Assembly: GCA_963728405.1 (NCBI GenBank) | Contig: CAVSJV010000005.1 | Location: 256,001 to 320,000, forward strand | Direction of reading: 5' to 3' | Source of the DNA: Methanomassiliicoccaceae archaeon | GTDB lineage: Archaea > Thermoplasmatota > Thermoplasmata > Methanomassiliicoccales > Methanomassiliicoccaceae | DNA length: 64,000 bases | Shown here: one piece after another, positions 20,964 through 31,974 of the stretch | Numbering within the stretch: the first letter of the stretch is position 1 | Layout: every line of letters starts with the position of its first letter | The notes under the pieces: model-generated | Seen by the model: only the letters and a program-made list of their open reading frames with translations | Database searches by the model: none | Told to the model about the DNA's origin: nothing | Made by a program: the position numbers and the translations under genes

Positions 20964-21572
20964 TCAGCGCTTCCTCAGCCAGGCCGAGTAATAATATCTC
21001 AGCCCTCCACCATGTTCAACGGTACCGGTGTCCACCACTCTCATCACTTCGAAGAGAGGATGGAACATCTCTTCCACGGACTGTTGGGTAACGCAGCCTC
21101 GAGTAGTGGTATCCTTATAGTTGGGTATCAGAAGGACCAGGACACCGCCGGGGCGGAGCACCCTGTGCACTTCCCGGATGAACAGGTCCCTTTCCTCTCC
21201 TTTCAATGAGTCGGTCAGGCGGGGGTCGAACACGATGTCGAACTCGCCGGAGTGGAAGGGCATCTTGGTCGGCTCGGTCGAGTAGGTCACGACCTTGGCC
21301 TGGGCCTCTTCTACGCGCTGACGGGCCAGTTCTATCTCGCCAGGAAATATGCCCACCAGGGCCACGGCATAACCGGACTGAGCGAGATACAGGGCGTCGA
21401 TACCGTCATCGTTGCTGAGGTCCAAGGCCCGGCCTCCCGGCATCAGGCGAGAGGCCACCGCCTCGATGAGCGCCTCGTTCGGCCGAAAATCACCCGGGGG
21501 GTTATCCTGCATGCGGTTCTCGCGGAACATCTTGGCTAGACCTGAGGGATCCATCTGAACACTGGAATTCAC
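20964..21572 (-). CDS. Class I SAM-dependent methyltransferase-like protein
   Basis: RALDL...G.DALYLA..G (degenerate GxG), PF..GEFDIV.D, EVHRVLRPGG. Confidence 0.8.
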   Translation of the reverse strand: MNSSVQMDPSGLAKMFRENRMQDNPPGDFRPNEALIEAVASRLMPGGRALDLSNDDGIDALYLAQSGYAVALVGIFPGEIELARQRVEEAQAKVVTYSTEPTKMPFHSGEFDIVFDPRLTDSLKGEERDLFIREVHRVLRPGGVLVLLIPNYKDTTTRGCVTQQSVEEMFHPLFEVMRVVDTGTVEHGGGLRYYYSAWLRKR

Positions 21573-21680
21573 ATGGCAGGCGATGGGGTTTAAGCCTTGC
21601 CTCGATCACATCCGTTGCGATCGTAGTCTCATTGTAGCGGCAGCCTAGTTCAATCGCCCACACCTTCGACGGTCTAGGTT

Positions 21681-22517
21681 GTGAGCATGAAGGGACCTGA
21701 TCGGATCCAAATGGCACTATGTGGACTGGGACTGTTGAGCGCCTTCCTACCATGGCTGGTTGTGGACCTGAATGTGTTCTCGATCAACTTCTCCCTGCTG
21801 AACTTCATGACCATGAACACCAGCTACGCGTCCATTTCGCTCTATTTCATGTTGTTCGGTGGGCTGTACCTGATCGGTACGGTCGCCCTGTTGGTGTGGA
21901 AGAAGGCTTTCATCATCCAGCTGGTCGGCCTGATCGTTCTGACCATCCCGTTGGTCCTAGGCCTAAGCGATATCACTTCGAAGGGGCACATGACCCTTGA
22001 CGCGTTCTTCGCTCTCTTTGGGATGATGGGGTGGGGGGCGATCCTGGCCTGGGCCGTCTCGTTGGTGGGCCTTATGCTGTTCGGCCCCGCCAGGATCAGG
22101 ACAGCGGTCGGGAAGCTCCCTGGCTTTGGCCCTGTGATCATAACGCTTGCCACTCACAACGCTACGGGGTCAACGGCACCGGTCAGGGCTCCGATCCGAG
22201 CCCTCCCCCCAGTAATCGACGGTCCGAGCGACCACCAAAACGCTATGGCCTCCGGGGAGCGATTCCTAGAGGCCGATGACCTCCCTGCCGCCCTGCGTTC
22301 GTTCGGTCGGGGCCTTGGCACCAGCAACAACGACAATGAGGAGGCGATCAGCAAGGTCAAGATCGCCATCGTCCTGGACCGGATGGGGAAGGAAGACGAA
22401 GCGGCCCTGTTCCTGCAGGAGGCTAGGGACCTGGACCCCGATGCGCTGTCCATCTGGAACGATCAGCCGGAAAAGATGGAAATGAGACGGCCGACCTTGC
22501 TAATGGCGGCACGATGA
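21681..22517 (+). CDS. Membrane protein (4 TM) with C-terminal TPR-like helices
   Basis: Hydrophobic N-half (FLPW..., four TM); C-terminal VLDRMGKEDEAALFLQEARDLDP. Confidence 0.7.
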   Translation: MSMKGPDRIQMALCGLGLLSAFLPWLVVDLNVFSINFSLLNFMTMNTSYASISLYFMLFGGLYLIGTVALLVWKKAFIIQLVGLIVLTIPLVLGLSDITSKGHMTLDAFFALFGMMGWGAILAWAVSLVGLMLFGPARIRTAVGKLPGFGPVIITLATHNATGSTAPVRAPIRALPPVIDGPSDHQNAMASGERFLEADDLPAALRSFGRGLGTSNNDNEEAISKVKIAIVLDRMGKEDEAALFLQEARDLDPDALSIWNDQPEKMEMRRPTLLMAAR

Positions 22518-22972
22518 AGGGGATCGCAGTGTCCCCCGGGCTCTAACAGATTGGTTCATGGACGGCGAATGCCTATTCTCCCCACACTGACCCGAGCCGG
22601 GGGTTTGTTGTCGTGCGTCGGGGTTGTTTCCCATTCATGACTCGATGTCACATCGTTGTTCATGGAAAGACCCATAATAACGACACACTGTGCGCCCCTA
22701 GCATGCAAGGGGATTCACGGATCCTCCCCGGTCTCTAAGGGCCTTATAAACAAGGCCGCGGAGGACTTAATGTTTTGCCCGCTCCATCGGGGCTAGCCCG
22801 ATCCTTGCCGGGGGTTCGGTCAAGGGCGGATCTACCTGCCCCACCCACGGCCAAGGCTATTTTTAGACCAACAATAGTTCTTCTACCCTTTCTTCCATGA
22901 ACCTATGGGAATCATGAACACCTTGATTGTAGAAGCCAGGTGCCAATCTTTCTAATATGAAATCTAATATCA

Positions 22973-23425
22973 TTGCGGGAACGGCCAGATCATTACAGGA
23001 TCATTTCCGGATCTTCGTGGGAGGTTAGTGCTGTTCTGCTGGTGCTCAGCCTCGACATCATTATCATCCTAAGCACCTTCGCCCAACTTTTTTATTATAT
23101 CATGAGCATTCTGGCCGTTTGGCGGTTACCCGGCCCGCTCCGATACTCCAGGGTCGTGTCGGTCCTGGGCATCCTGAGCTGCGTAGGCCTTCTGGTGGTA
23201 TCCGTCCTAGTCTCGGTACTCTCGTGCATCGAGGGCCCGGCCGTGCCGGGGTTCGGGCTGCTCTGTTCGGGGTGTTGGAACCCCGGAATAGGGGCGAGGA
23301 CCTGCCCTCGGGCCAGCCCCGTCAGTAGAAAGCTCATGGAGATTTTACCAAAGATGGCCGGCCGTCATCCTAGGTATCAGGTAGGGGCTCGATCCGCGCT
23401 TCCAGGGCAGCTCGAGTTCCGGTAA
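22973..23425 (+). pseudogene. Possible remnant of the last TMs of an APC-type permease
   Basis: LSTFAQLFYYIMSILAVWRL...VSVLGILSCVGLLV resembles the APC C-terminus; no N-terminal part present. Confidence 0.35.
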
Positions 23426-23835
23426 GGCCACTGATCGTCGACCGGCAGGCAGAGGAACGCGAACGCCAGGGATCCATCAACCGATGCGGTGGAGGGCTTA
23501 ATGCCCCTTCATGCTCTCGATCCACCCTTTCAACCCCCCCCGTTGGGCAGTCCAATGGTCGGGTGAGTAGGGTAGCGGGTGGTGCCGCCCCATGCCACTA
23601 AACTTCCTTCCCTTTTCACAGCCCTCGAACATTCGGAAGCGGGGGGGAGCCCTGAGCGAGCTAGGGAAGGGACCGTTCCGTGTCGGTGCTACCATCTTCG
23701 CAGGCGCCCTGAGCACCCTGACCAGCAGGGTGTCGGCGTAGCTCTTGAAAAATTCAATAGTGGAAATACTGGAGTCCAGGTGTCCTTCGAACAACACACG
23801 AAAATATATGTAGGCTGGGAAGAAATCAATAAGGG

Positions 23836-24738
23836 GTGTCCGTGCTCGTCGGTTGCAGTGGGTGGTCATATGATGATTGGGTAGGAAGATTCTATCCCGT
23901 GAATCTGGCCAGGAAGAAGGAGGAGTGGCTGCGCTACTATGCCAACTACTTCACTACCGTGGAGATCAACAGTACCTTCTACCACCCACCGAACGATTAC
24001 ATTGTCAATGGGTGGATCAAGAAAGGTTCTGGGTTGAAAGGTTTCGAGTACTCGGTCAAGATGCCCTCCCTGGTCACTCATGAGGCCATGGTCAAACAGG
24101 ATGGTCCCCGGGCGGGCATCACTGCTTCGGCGTTCGAGGTCTCCTGCCTCAAGCCGTTGGCGGAGAACAACCTCCTGGGCACGGGCCTCCTGCAGCTCTC
24201 CCCGTTCTTCCATAATGAGGACGCTTCCCGCAAGACCCTACGCCAAACGCTCGAAGCGCTTGATACTGACAAATACCGTTACGCGGTCGAGTTCCGTCAC
24301 CGTTCCTGGCTGGACGACGCCAAAGGTAAGCTCGACCCCCGAGCGGCCGAGCTGCTGGCCTCGTTCAACGTGGCCAATGTCATCGTGGATGGTCCCGGGT
24401 TCCCGTTCGTCCGGGACTGTACCGCCGATCACGCCTACCTGCGATTCCACGGTCGCAACGACGACATATGGTTCGATGAGGATCGGGAGGAGGACTCCCA
24501 TCACAGCCGCTATGACTATCTTTACTCCGAGGAGGAGCTGAAGAATTGGAGCGAGGCCATCGCCAAGCTCAACGGCCTCATGAAACAGGTGCGGGTGTAC
24601 TTCAACAACAATGGCAAGGCCAAGGGGGCCAGGAACGCTTTCCAGATGATGGATCTGCTGAGCATTCATCACCGCGAGAAGGAGGTCCCGGTGGTGGAAC
24701 AGACCACCCTGGGCCCGTTCCTCATGGCCAAGAAGTGA
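23836..24738 (+). CDS. DUF72 (YecE-like TIM barrel) protein
   Basis: VGCSGWSY.DW, VEINSTFY, YSVK, AVEFRH.SW, YLRFHGR, YDYLYS, VYFNN. Confidence 0.93.
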   Translation: MSVLVGCSGWSYDDWVGRFYPVNLARKKEEWLRYYANYFTTVEINSTFYHPPNDYIVNGWIKKGSGLKGFEYSVKMPSLVTHEAMVKQDGPRAGITASAFEVSCLKPLAENNLLGTGLLQLSPFFHNEDASRKTLRQTLEALDTDKYRYAVEFRHRSWLDDAKGKLDPRAAELLASFNVANVIVDGPGFPFVRDCTADHAYLRFHGRNDDIWFDEDREEDSHHSRYDYLYSEEELKNWSEAIAKLNGLMKQVRVYFNNNGKAKGARNAFQMMDLLSIHHREKEVPVVEQTTLGPFLMAKK

Positions 24739-24833
24739 TTGGCGTGGGCCTCCCATGCGGTATCGAACGTTCCGGGATGGCGGAAAATTTCTCGTCAAGG
24801 TCAGAAACAATAAGTGCAGAATAGGCGATAACC

Positions 24834-26957
24834 ATGGGCGTAGGGTCGGTCGAAGGGATGAGGGAACTATTCGAAGCAACGTCCATCGCCGTGGTCGGGG
24901 CGTCCCAGAAGGAAGGCAAGGTCGGCAACATCATTGTCAAGAACCTGCTGGGCTCCGGTTACAGGGGCTCGCTGTACCCGGTCAATCCTAAGGTCTCGGA
25001 GGTGCTGGGCCTGAAGTGCTATCCCGACCTGGCCTCTATTCCGGGAAGGGTAGAGCTGGCCGTAGTGGTGGTGCCCAACATCCTGGTGCCGCAGGTCATG
25101 GAAGCGGCTGGTGCAAAGGGCGTCAAGGTCGCGGTGGTCATCTCGGCCGGTTTCAGGGAGATCGGGAAGGAAGGGGCGGCGCTGGAACGGACCGTCGGAC
25201 AGATCGCCTCGAAGTACGGGCTCAGGGTCCTCGGCCCGAACTGTCTGGGCGTGATCAGCACCTCTAATGCCATGAACGCCACGTTCACCAACGATTATCC
25301 CCGCTCCGGCACGGTGGCCATCACGTCGCAGTCGGGGGCGATCTGCTCGGTGGTCCTGGACTGGGCCAGGGCGACCCGGATCGGGTTCTCCAAGTTCGTA
25401 TCGGTGGGCAACAAACTGGACATCGACGAGGCGGACCTGTTGTCGTACCTCAAGGACGATGAGCAGACGGCCGTCATCGGCATGTACATCGAAGGCATGC
25501 GACGGGGACAAGAGTTCATGCAGGTCGCCCGGGAAGCCTCCCGCACCAAGCCGATCATTGCTCTCAAGGCCGGCCGGACCAGCTCTGGGGCCAAGGCCGC
25601 TTCATCCCACACCGGTGCCCTATCCGGAAGTGATAAGGTCTACGATGCCGCGCTCGCCCAGTCCGGGGTGGTGCGGGTCAAGACCCTCGACGAGATGTTC
25701 GACCTGTTGCAGGTGTTCGGCACCATGCCCGTCCCGGAGGGAGAAGGTCTCGCCATCGTAACCAACGCCGGCGGTCTGGGGGTCATGGCCGCCGATGCCG
25801 TTTCGGACAACGGCCTGAGCCTGGCCTCGTTCGCCCCACAGACGATCGAAAAGCTGAAGGCCGGGCTGCCGGAGGAGGCGAACTTCTACAACCCGGTGGA
25901 CGTCATCGGGGATGCCGATGCCAAGCGCTACGAGTTCGCCATGCGGACGGTGATGGACGATCCGAACGTCCACATGGTGCTGGCGATGCTGGCCCCGACC
26001 GATATCCTGGATATCACGTCTGTGGCGAGGACCATTGCCTCGTTCGCCGGGCGCACCCGCGTGCCGGTGGCCACCGCATTCGTGGGCGGTGAGGACGTGG
26101 CCGAAGGGGCCCGCCTGCTGATGGAGGCGGGAGTGCCCAACTACGACTCTCCGGACCGCGCCGTTCGCGCCCTCGCCGCGATGGTACACTATCGCGAGCT
26201 GCTAGCGCGGAGGAGCGAGCCCCAGGAGGTCCATGCCGAGGGGGACCTGGTGGCGGCCAGGAAGGTTCTGGACAAGGTAAGGGCCGAGGACCGCACCGGT
26301 CTCAGCGAGGAGGAGGGCAAGGCCATCCTCATGGCCTATGGCATACCTGTGCCTGCCGAAGGGACGGCCCGCTCGGCCGACGAGGCGGTAAAACTGGCCC
26401 ACGTGATCGGCTATCCGGTGGTCATGAAGATCGCCTCTCCGGACATCGCTCACAAGACCGATGTCGGCGGGGTCGCGGTCAACCTGCGCAGCGATGACGA
26501 GGTCCGGCGCAGCTTCGAGCTGATGATGTCGCAGGTCCGGGTCCGAATGCCCAGTGCCATCCTGAACGGCGTATCGATCGAGAAGATGTTCGCCGGGCGG
26601 GAGGTCATCGTCGGGATGGTCCGGGACGAGACCTTCGGACCGGTGATCACGTTCGGGCTGGGCGGCATATTCGTTGAGGTGATGAAGGACGTCAGCCAGC
26701 GCATCGCGCCCATCACCGAGGAGGGCGTGGACGAGATGATCCGTTCCATCCGCGCCTATCCCATCCTGGCCGGGGCCAGAGGCCGCCGCCCGGCGGACAT
26801 CGCGGCACTCAAGAAGGTCATATTCGGGGTCGCCCAGATCGCTCTGGACTTCCCCGAGATCATGGAGTTCGAGATCAACCCCGTCATGGTCGGTGACGAG
26901 GGGCAGGGTTGCGGCGCGGTGGACGCGCTGGCGACCATCAGGAGGGTGAGCAAATGA
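24834..26957 (+). CDS. acdAB: Acetate/acyl-CoA ligase (ADP-forming), fused alpha-beta
   Basis: IAVVGAS, YPVNP, SAGFRE, GPNCLG, SQSGA, SHTGAL (catalytic His), NPVD, GYPVVMKI.S.DI.HKTDVGGV, EINP. Confidence 0.93.
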   Translation: MGVGSVEGMRELFEATSIAVVGASQKEGKVGNIIVKNLLGSGYRGSLYPVNPKVSEVLGLKCYPDLASIPGRVELAVVVVPNILVPQVMEAAGAKGVKVAVVISAGFREIGKEGAALERTVGQIASKYGLRVLGPNCLGVISTSNAMNATFTNDYPRSGTVAITSQSGAICSVVLDWARATRIGFSKFVSVGNKLDIDEADLLSYLKDDEQTAVIGMYIEGMRRGQEFMQVAREASRTKPIIALKAGRTSSGAKAASSHTGALSGSDKVYDAALAQSGVVRVKTLDEMFDLLQVFGTMPVPEGEGLAIVTNAGGLGVMAADAVSDNGLSLASFAPQTIEKLKAGLPEEANFYNPVDVIGDADAKRYEFAMRTVMDDPNVHMVLAMLAPTDILDITSVARTIASFAGRTRVPVATAFVGGEDVAEGARLLMEAGVPNYDSPDRAVRALAAMVHYRELLARRSEPQEVHAEGDLVAARKVLDKVRAEDRTGLSEEEGKAILMAYGIPVPAEGTARSADEAVKLAHVIGYPVVMKIASPDIAHKTDVGGVAVNLRSDDEVRRSFELMMSQVRVRMPSAILNGVSIEKMFAGREVIVGMVRDETFGPVITFGLGGIFVEVMKDVSQRIAPITEEGVDEMIRSIRAYPILAGARGRRPADIAALKKVIFGVAQIALDFPEIMEFEINPVMVGDEGQGCGAVDALATIRRVSK

Positions 26958-27954
26958 GGACCCTGTTTCTGGGATCGGTTGTGGAAAGGTCGGGCAAGAG
27001 CATGGTGGCCCTGGGGCTGGCCAAGAACTGCCCCGTCAAGGTCGGCTACTTCAAGCCGTTCAAGGAGGTGGTCATGCCCCTGGAGGGCCGGGTGGTCGAT
27101 CAGGATGCCTATCTTATGAGAAAGGCACTGCACCTGCCGTTCGACGAGGAGCAGCTCTGCCCTCTGACCTACGATATCTATCAGCCGGTGGGCATGGATG
27201 ACATCCTGCGTTCCTATGCTCAGGTCAAGGGAAGCGCGGAAGCGATGCTGGTCGAGGGCACCAGGGACATCACCACTGGCTGCATGGGCTCGGTGTCGGG
27301 CATGGCCATCGCCCAGGCGGTGGATGCCCAGGTCATTCTGGTATCGTCGGCCCAGCCATCGGCCCTTGACAAGATCTGCATGCTACGCCGGGTGATGGAC
27401 CAGTACTCGGTTCATTTCCTAGGGGTGGTCCTCAACCAGGCCGAGGGCCTCAAGCTGGGGAAGCTGCTGGAGAAGCGGGGGGTCCGCGTGCTCGGAACGA
27501 TACCGCCGGTGAAGGATCTCCGCACGTTCCATGTCCGGGAAGTGGCCGAGGCGCTGGGGGCCGAGGTCCTGAACGGCGACCGGGGCATGGATGGGGTCGT
27601 GGAGAGAGTGATGATCGGCGCTATGACCCCGAGATGGCGATGCTGTACATGCGCCGTGTCTCGAGGAAGGCCATCATCACCGGGGGCGACCGGGCCGATA
27701 TACAGCTGGCGGCCCTCTCCACCGACACCTCTTGCCTGGTGCTGACCGGCGGGTTGTACCCCGCAAAGCCAGTGATCGCCAAGGCCTACGAGGTCGGCGT
27801 CCCTATACTGGTAACGAGACACAACACCATGGAGGCGGCGGAGATGATCGACCATCTCATCGCTCGCATCGATCCCAATGATGTTAGCAAGATCGATCGC
27901 ATCGCTCAGGTCGTGAAGCAATACGTCGACCTGGACGCGGTCTGGAAAGCCTGA
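26954..27954 (+). CDS. BioD-like/DRTGG-domain protein (phosphotransacetylase N-terminal family), frameshift at C-run ~27630
   Basis: SGKSMVALG, GYFKP, LVEG, then GAM / ITGGDRADIQ / LVLTGG; ATGA overlap with acdAB. Confidence 0.88.
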
Positions 27955-28017
27955 ATCTGCATAAGATGATAGAAATACTGCCGTAGCGATGTTCGGCCGA
28001 TAGTGAGAGGGGATGCC

Positions 28018-28893
28018 ATGACCGTTGAAATGCCATCGATGCAAGTTAAAAGAAGCAAATTTCCGACCAAGCACCTGGTCAGCGGGGAAAGTATCCAGTG
28101 GGAAGGAAGGCCCTCCATCATCGTGTACTTCCTGCGTTCCCTGCTGCTGTTCCTGTTCGGAGCGGCATTTGGGATACTGGCATTCCTGCAGAAGGACACG
28201 ACCATTGACTTCGCCGTTCTAAGCTCCTACATCTTCCTCATCGCGATGTTCGTCCTGATCATGCTGATGGTCGGGGCCCACCGCCGCTGGGGCGCTCTTG
28301 AGGCCCTGATCGCCCTGGTGCTGGTGGTCCTGCTGTTCCTGAGCTTTGACCTGAACCCGGCGTTCTATCTCGGCCCGATGATCATCGGGCTGGTGGCGTT
28401 CCTGTTCGAGTACGTTCTGTGGTCCCACACCTACTTCGCCATATCGGACCGCCGCATCATGACCCAGTATGGGGTGTTCAGCCTGATGTTCGCCGACACC
28501 CAGATCGACCGCGTTCAGAACGTATCGGTGGTTCAGCCGATCATGGAGCGCATCTTTGGGTATGGGGACGTGATGTTCGCCACCTCCGGGGAGATGGGCG
28601 GGATCAAGAGCGACGACCCGAAGGAGAGGTTGCGGGCCGGCGGCGCCATCGTCTGGGAGGACGTCCCCCGACCGTTCGAGGTCAGGAAGATCGCCGAAGA
28701 GATCATCTTCCGATCGACCAAGCCGACCGTGCAGTACGTTCCTCAGCCTTACGTTCAATCCCCGCTCCCCGCCCCGATCCAGTCCGTCGAGGCCGAGGAG
28801 AGACTGGTGAAGCTAAAGGAGATGCGGGAGAAGAACCTCATCTCCGAGGTGGAGTACCAGCAGAAGAGACAGGAGATACTGGGTCGGCTGTGA
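28018..28893 (+). CDS. Membrane protein with bacterial PH domain and C-terminal SHOCT
   Basis: GE.IQWEGRP, 4 TMs, T.F.ISDRRI...GV...IDRVQNV.V.Q...ERIFGYGDV; ERL.KLKEM.EKNLISE.EYQQKRQEIL. Confidence 0.85.
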   Translation: MTVEMPSMQVKRSKFPTKHLVSGESIQWEGRPSIIVYFLRSLLLFLFGAAFGILAFLQKDTTIDFAVLSSYIFLIAMFVLIMLMVGAHRRWGALEALIALVLVVLLFLSFDLNPAFYLGPMIIGLVAFLFEYVLWSHTYFAISDRRIMTQYGVFSLMFADTQIDRVQNVSVVQPIMERIFGYGDVMFATSGEMGGIKSDDPKERLRAGGAIVWEDVPRPFEVRKIAEEIIFRSTKPTVQYVPQPYVQSPLPAPIQSVEAEERLVKLKEMREKNLISEVEYQQKRQEILGRL

Positions 28894-29565
28894 TCAGTGC
28901 AGGAACTGGTGCAGCCGCTCGGCGCGCTTCTTTCCGAACCCGGGGACCTTCTGCAAGTCCTTGACGCTCGCTCTGCATAGATCGTCCACGCTGCCGTACC
29001 GCTCCATCAGTTGGCTGGCCAACTGGTCGCCCACTCCCGGGATGGCGCCCAGGAAGTAGCACCGCTGGTCCTTTTCCGGCAGTTCCTTATGGAATCGCGG
29101 CCGGTACCAGCGGGACGGTATCTCCCTGTCGTTCTTACCATCCTCCTCCCTTTTGACCAGTACGCGGAGGAACCGCTCCACGCTGTTGCGTCCTTCCAGG
29201 AAGATCACTGGGACGTGGTAGGTGAAGATGCATTCCAGCTGCGCGCCGATGACCGACGATTCCAGACGGGTCAGCTCCTCGGACGAGGTGTCCAGCTCGC
29301 TCCGCTCGATGATCAGCAGGCGGCGGACCACCGGGATGTTCTCGAACCGGTCCTGAGCGAGCATCCGGACCAGCTGCTCCCATAGCCGGCCGTTGCGATA
29401 CGAGGTGATGAAATCGCGAAAGGTCTTCCTTTCCACTACCACCGCCCGATCGTCGGCAACCACGATGTAGTCACCCGCCTCCAGGTTCGTTACGGTCACC
29501 TGACCTAGGTCGCCGATGTAACTGAGGAAGTCCCTCTCCCGGGCATCGATGAAGAGCCTGATCAC
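28894..29565 (-). CDS. Stand-alone XPF/ERCC4 nuclease with HhH2
   Basis: IDARE, L.AGDY, VVERKT..DF..S...GRL..Q (ERKxxxD), HhH IPGVG and VPGFG; GTG start overlaps rad50 TGA. Confidence 0.92.
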   Translation of the reverse strand: MIRLFIDARERDFLSYIGDLGQVTVTNLEAGDYIVVADDRAVVVERKTFRDFITSYRNGRLWEQLVRMLAQDRFENIPVVRRLLIIERSELDTSSEELTRLESSVIGAQLECIFTYHVPVIFLEGRNSVERFLRVLVKREEDGKNDREIPSRWYRPRFHKELPEKDQRCYFLGAIPGVGDQLASQLMERYGSVDDLCRASVKDLQKVPGFGKKRAERLHQFLH

Positions 29566-31974
29566 TGCTCGACGGCGCTGGTGCCGTCCTCCAGCTCCCT
29601 TATGGTGATCACATTGTTCATGTAGTCCTTGGTGTCGTCGATGTGGGTGATCAGGATGATCTGATGGAACTGCTTCTCCAGGCGGTTGAGCGTGCTCATG
29701 ATGTTCCGCTTGCGGACCTGGTCCTGGGAGCCGAAGATCTCGTCCAGGATGAGGAAGTTGATGTCGTTCCCGGACCGATCGGCGAGGACCCGGGAGATCG
29801 CCAGGCGGAGGCTCAGGTTCGCCAGGTCCCCCTCGCCTCCGGAGAACCGGGACAGCGGGTACTTGTCCTTGCCATCATAGATGTGCATCTCGTAGTCCTC
29901 GTCCAGTTCGATCCCGCCGTACTTGGAATCGGTCATCTCGGAGAAGAACTGCGAAGATACCTCAGACAGCGTGGGGACCACTCGCTCCATCACGTTCTGT
30001 TTGAAGTCGATCATGACCTTTTCGAGGGTGGCGAGCTGCTCGACCTTTTTGGCCCGTTGGGCTATGCTCCTCTCCTTCTCTAGCACTTCCTCGAGCGCAG
30101 TCTTCCGGTCACCTAGATATTTAATGGCGTAGTCCAGGGCAGAGGCTTGCCGGGATACCTCGCCGTAGGCGGCCTCCCGGGCATGGTAGGCCGCATCATA
30201 GGCGTCCTGGGCCGATCTCAGGTCCCCCTCCGTGTAGCCGACCGCGGCGAGGTCCGACCGGACCCGCACCAACTCCGAATCCTTCACGGCCAGTATGTGG
30301 GCCATGTCCTTCTTCCGCCCTTCCAGGTCCGGAAGCCGGGAGCCTTCGCCGCGTAGGGACTTGCATCTCTCCGCCAGGGGGCGTAGTGTCGCTATCTTCG
30401 CCTTGAGGTCATTGAAGGCCTTCGGGTCGAAATTCACTTCGCCGATGCCATCCAGGGCCTGTTGGGCCGTGGCCAGCTCCCGGGCCAGGTCCCTGGTCCG
30501 CTGCTGCTGCGTCTCGATGGTGATGGAAAGCCGCTGCTCCTGTCCCACCTCGTTCTGGAGCTTCTTCCTTCTCTCGTCCAGCGCTCCTTTTCGGCGGATG
30601 GAGAGATCGATCTCTTCTTTGAGGGCCGTCCAATCCTTGACCAGGGCTTCCGCTTGGGTGGCCTTCTCCGTTCCTTCCTTATCGAGCTGGGAGACGAGGT
30701 GATGGTGATGCTCCCCCAGCTGCCGTTCGCAGGTGGGGCACATGCTCTCCGGCCCCATGCTGGAGATGTCCATCCTCTTGCGGCCGAGCTCATCGATCTC
30801 CCGGCTTAACCTCTTGACCTCTGAGTCGAGCAGGCCGGCCCGCTCGCGCTTCGCGCTAGTGTCGGAGTCCAATGCCTCTAGCGTCGCCGCCACCGTGGTC
30901 AGGCGGTCCTGAGGGCTTTTTAGCTTGGACCTTTCTTCCACGGCCTTGGTCAGCGTTTCCTCGGTGCGGCGGAGCTCTTCCTTGACCCGGTTGAGGTTCT
31001 GGGCAGCATTCTTCCGCTGCTCGAAGCGGACCCGGTCGCTATCCATGGCCTCCTTGCAGGCGTTCGCCTCCTCCAGCTCCTTCTCCCTCCCTTCCAGCTC
31101 CGGGAGCGAGCTCAATCTCTCCTTCAGGGCGAGAAGGTCCTGGTCGATCAGGGCCGCGGTGCGGCGGGCCTCCTCGATCTCCTTGTTCTTGCCCAGGGCC
31201 CGCTTCTCCACCGCTCGGTAGTCGGTCTCCTTGAGGGCCGTCCACTCCTTGTGGCCGCGGGCCTTCTCCAGGCCAGCATCCCTTTCCCTGGACGCTTGAT
31301 TGGCCGCCTCCAGCTCCTTCCTCAGCTGCTCCCCCCGCTCCTCGAGTTGACCGATCTCCTCGGCCAGGACCTCCTTCCGGGGGCGGCGGTCGGTGGTCAT
31401 CAGCTGCTCGTTCACCGACTGCAGGACGAGCTTCTCCTCCCGCCCATCCTTCCTTATGCCATCCACCACATCCTGGAGGATGTCCAGCTCGAGCATCCGC
31501 ATCACCAGTTTCTTCCGCTCCGCCGGCGTCAGCACCGAGAGGGCGGAGAGGTCCTTCTGGCGGGCGAACACCGAGATGAAGAAGGCCTGATGGTCCATCC
31601 CCAGGATCTCCTCGATCTTCTGGGTGACCGCCCGTTCGGTCTTGGCGATGATGCCTCCTGCGGCGGTCAGCTCGGCCTCGGCCTTGAGGTCCTTGCCCCG
31701 GAGCGATCGCTTGAGGCGGTACTGCACCCGGCCGAGCTCGAACTCCAGCTCCACCGAGCAATCCTCGTGGGGGCCGGCCCCGCTCCTCCTGATCCCCTCC
31801 TTCCCGTCGCGGTTCTCGGTCCTGTTCCCGTACAGCGCCCAGGAGACCGCCTCGATCAGCGTGCTCTTCCCCGCCCCGTTCGGGCCCATGATGCCGATCA
31901 CGCCGTCAGGGAACTCGTATGCGGGCGTCCCGGAACTTCCGGTAATTGTGCAGCTCGAGGTAGCTCAGTCGGAT
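29562..31974 (-). CDS. rad50: Rad50/SbcC ATPase (N-terminal ~19 aa in adjacent frame; start codon unclear)
   Basis: RLSYLELHNYRKF then GPNGAGKST; FARQ Q-loop; coiled coil with CPTC zinc hook; FSGGE; ILDEIFGSQD; ITH. Confidence 0.93.

Noticed and set aside
22705-22740. tRNA-Pyl-like CTCTAA / CCCCGGTCTCT words
   Set aside because: No cloverleaf, T-loop or acceptor stem can be built.
24834-27954. acdAB plus DRTGG gene pair, and the APC-USP fusion (15226-17480), as novel systems
   Set aside because: Both arrangements are already common in euryarchaeal genomes.
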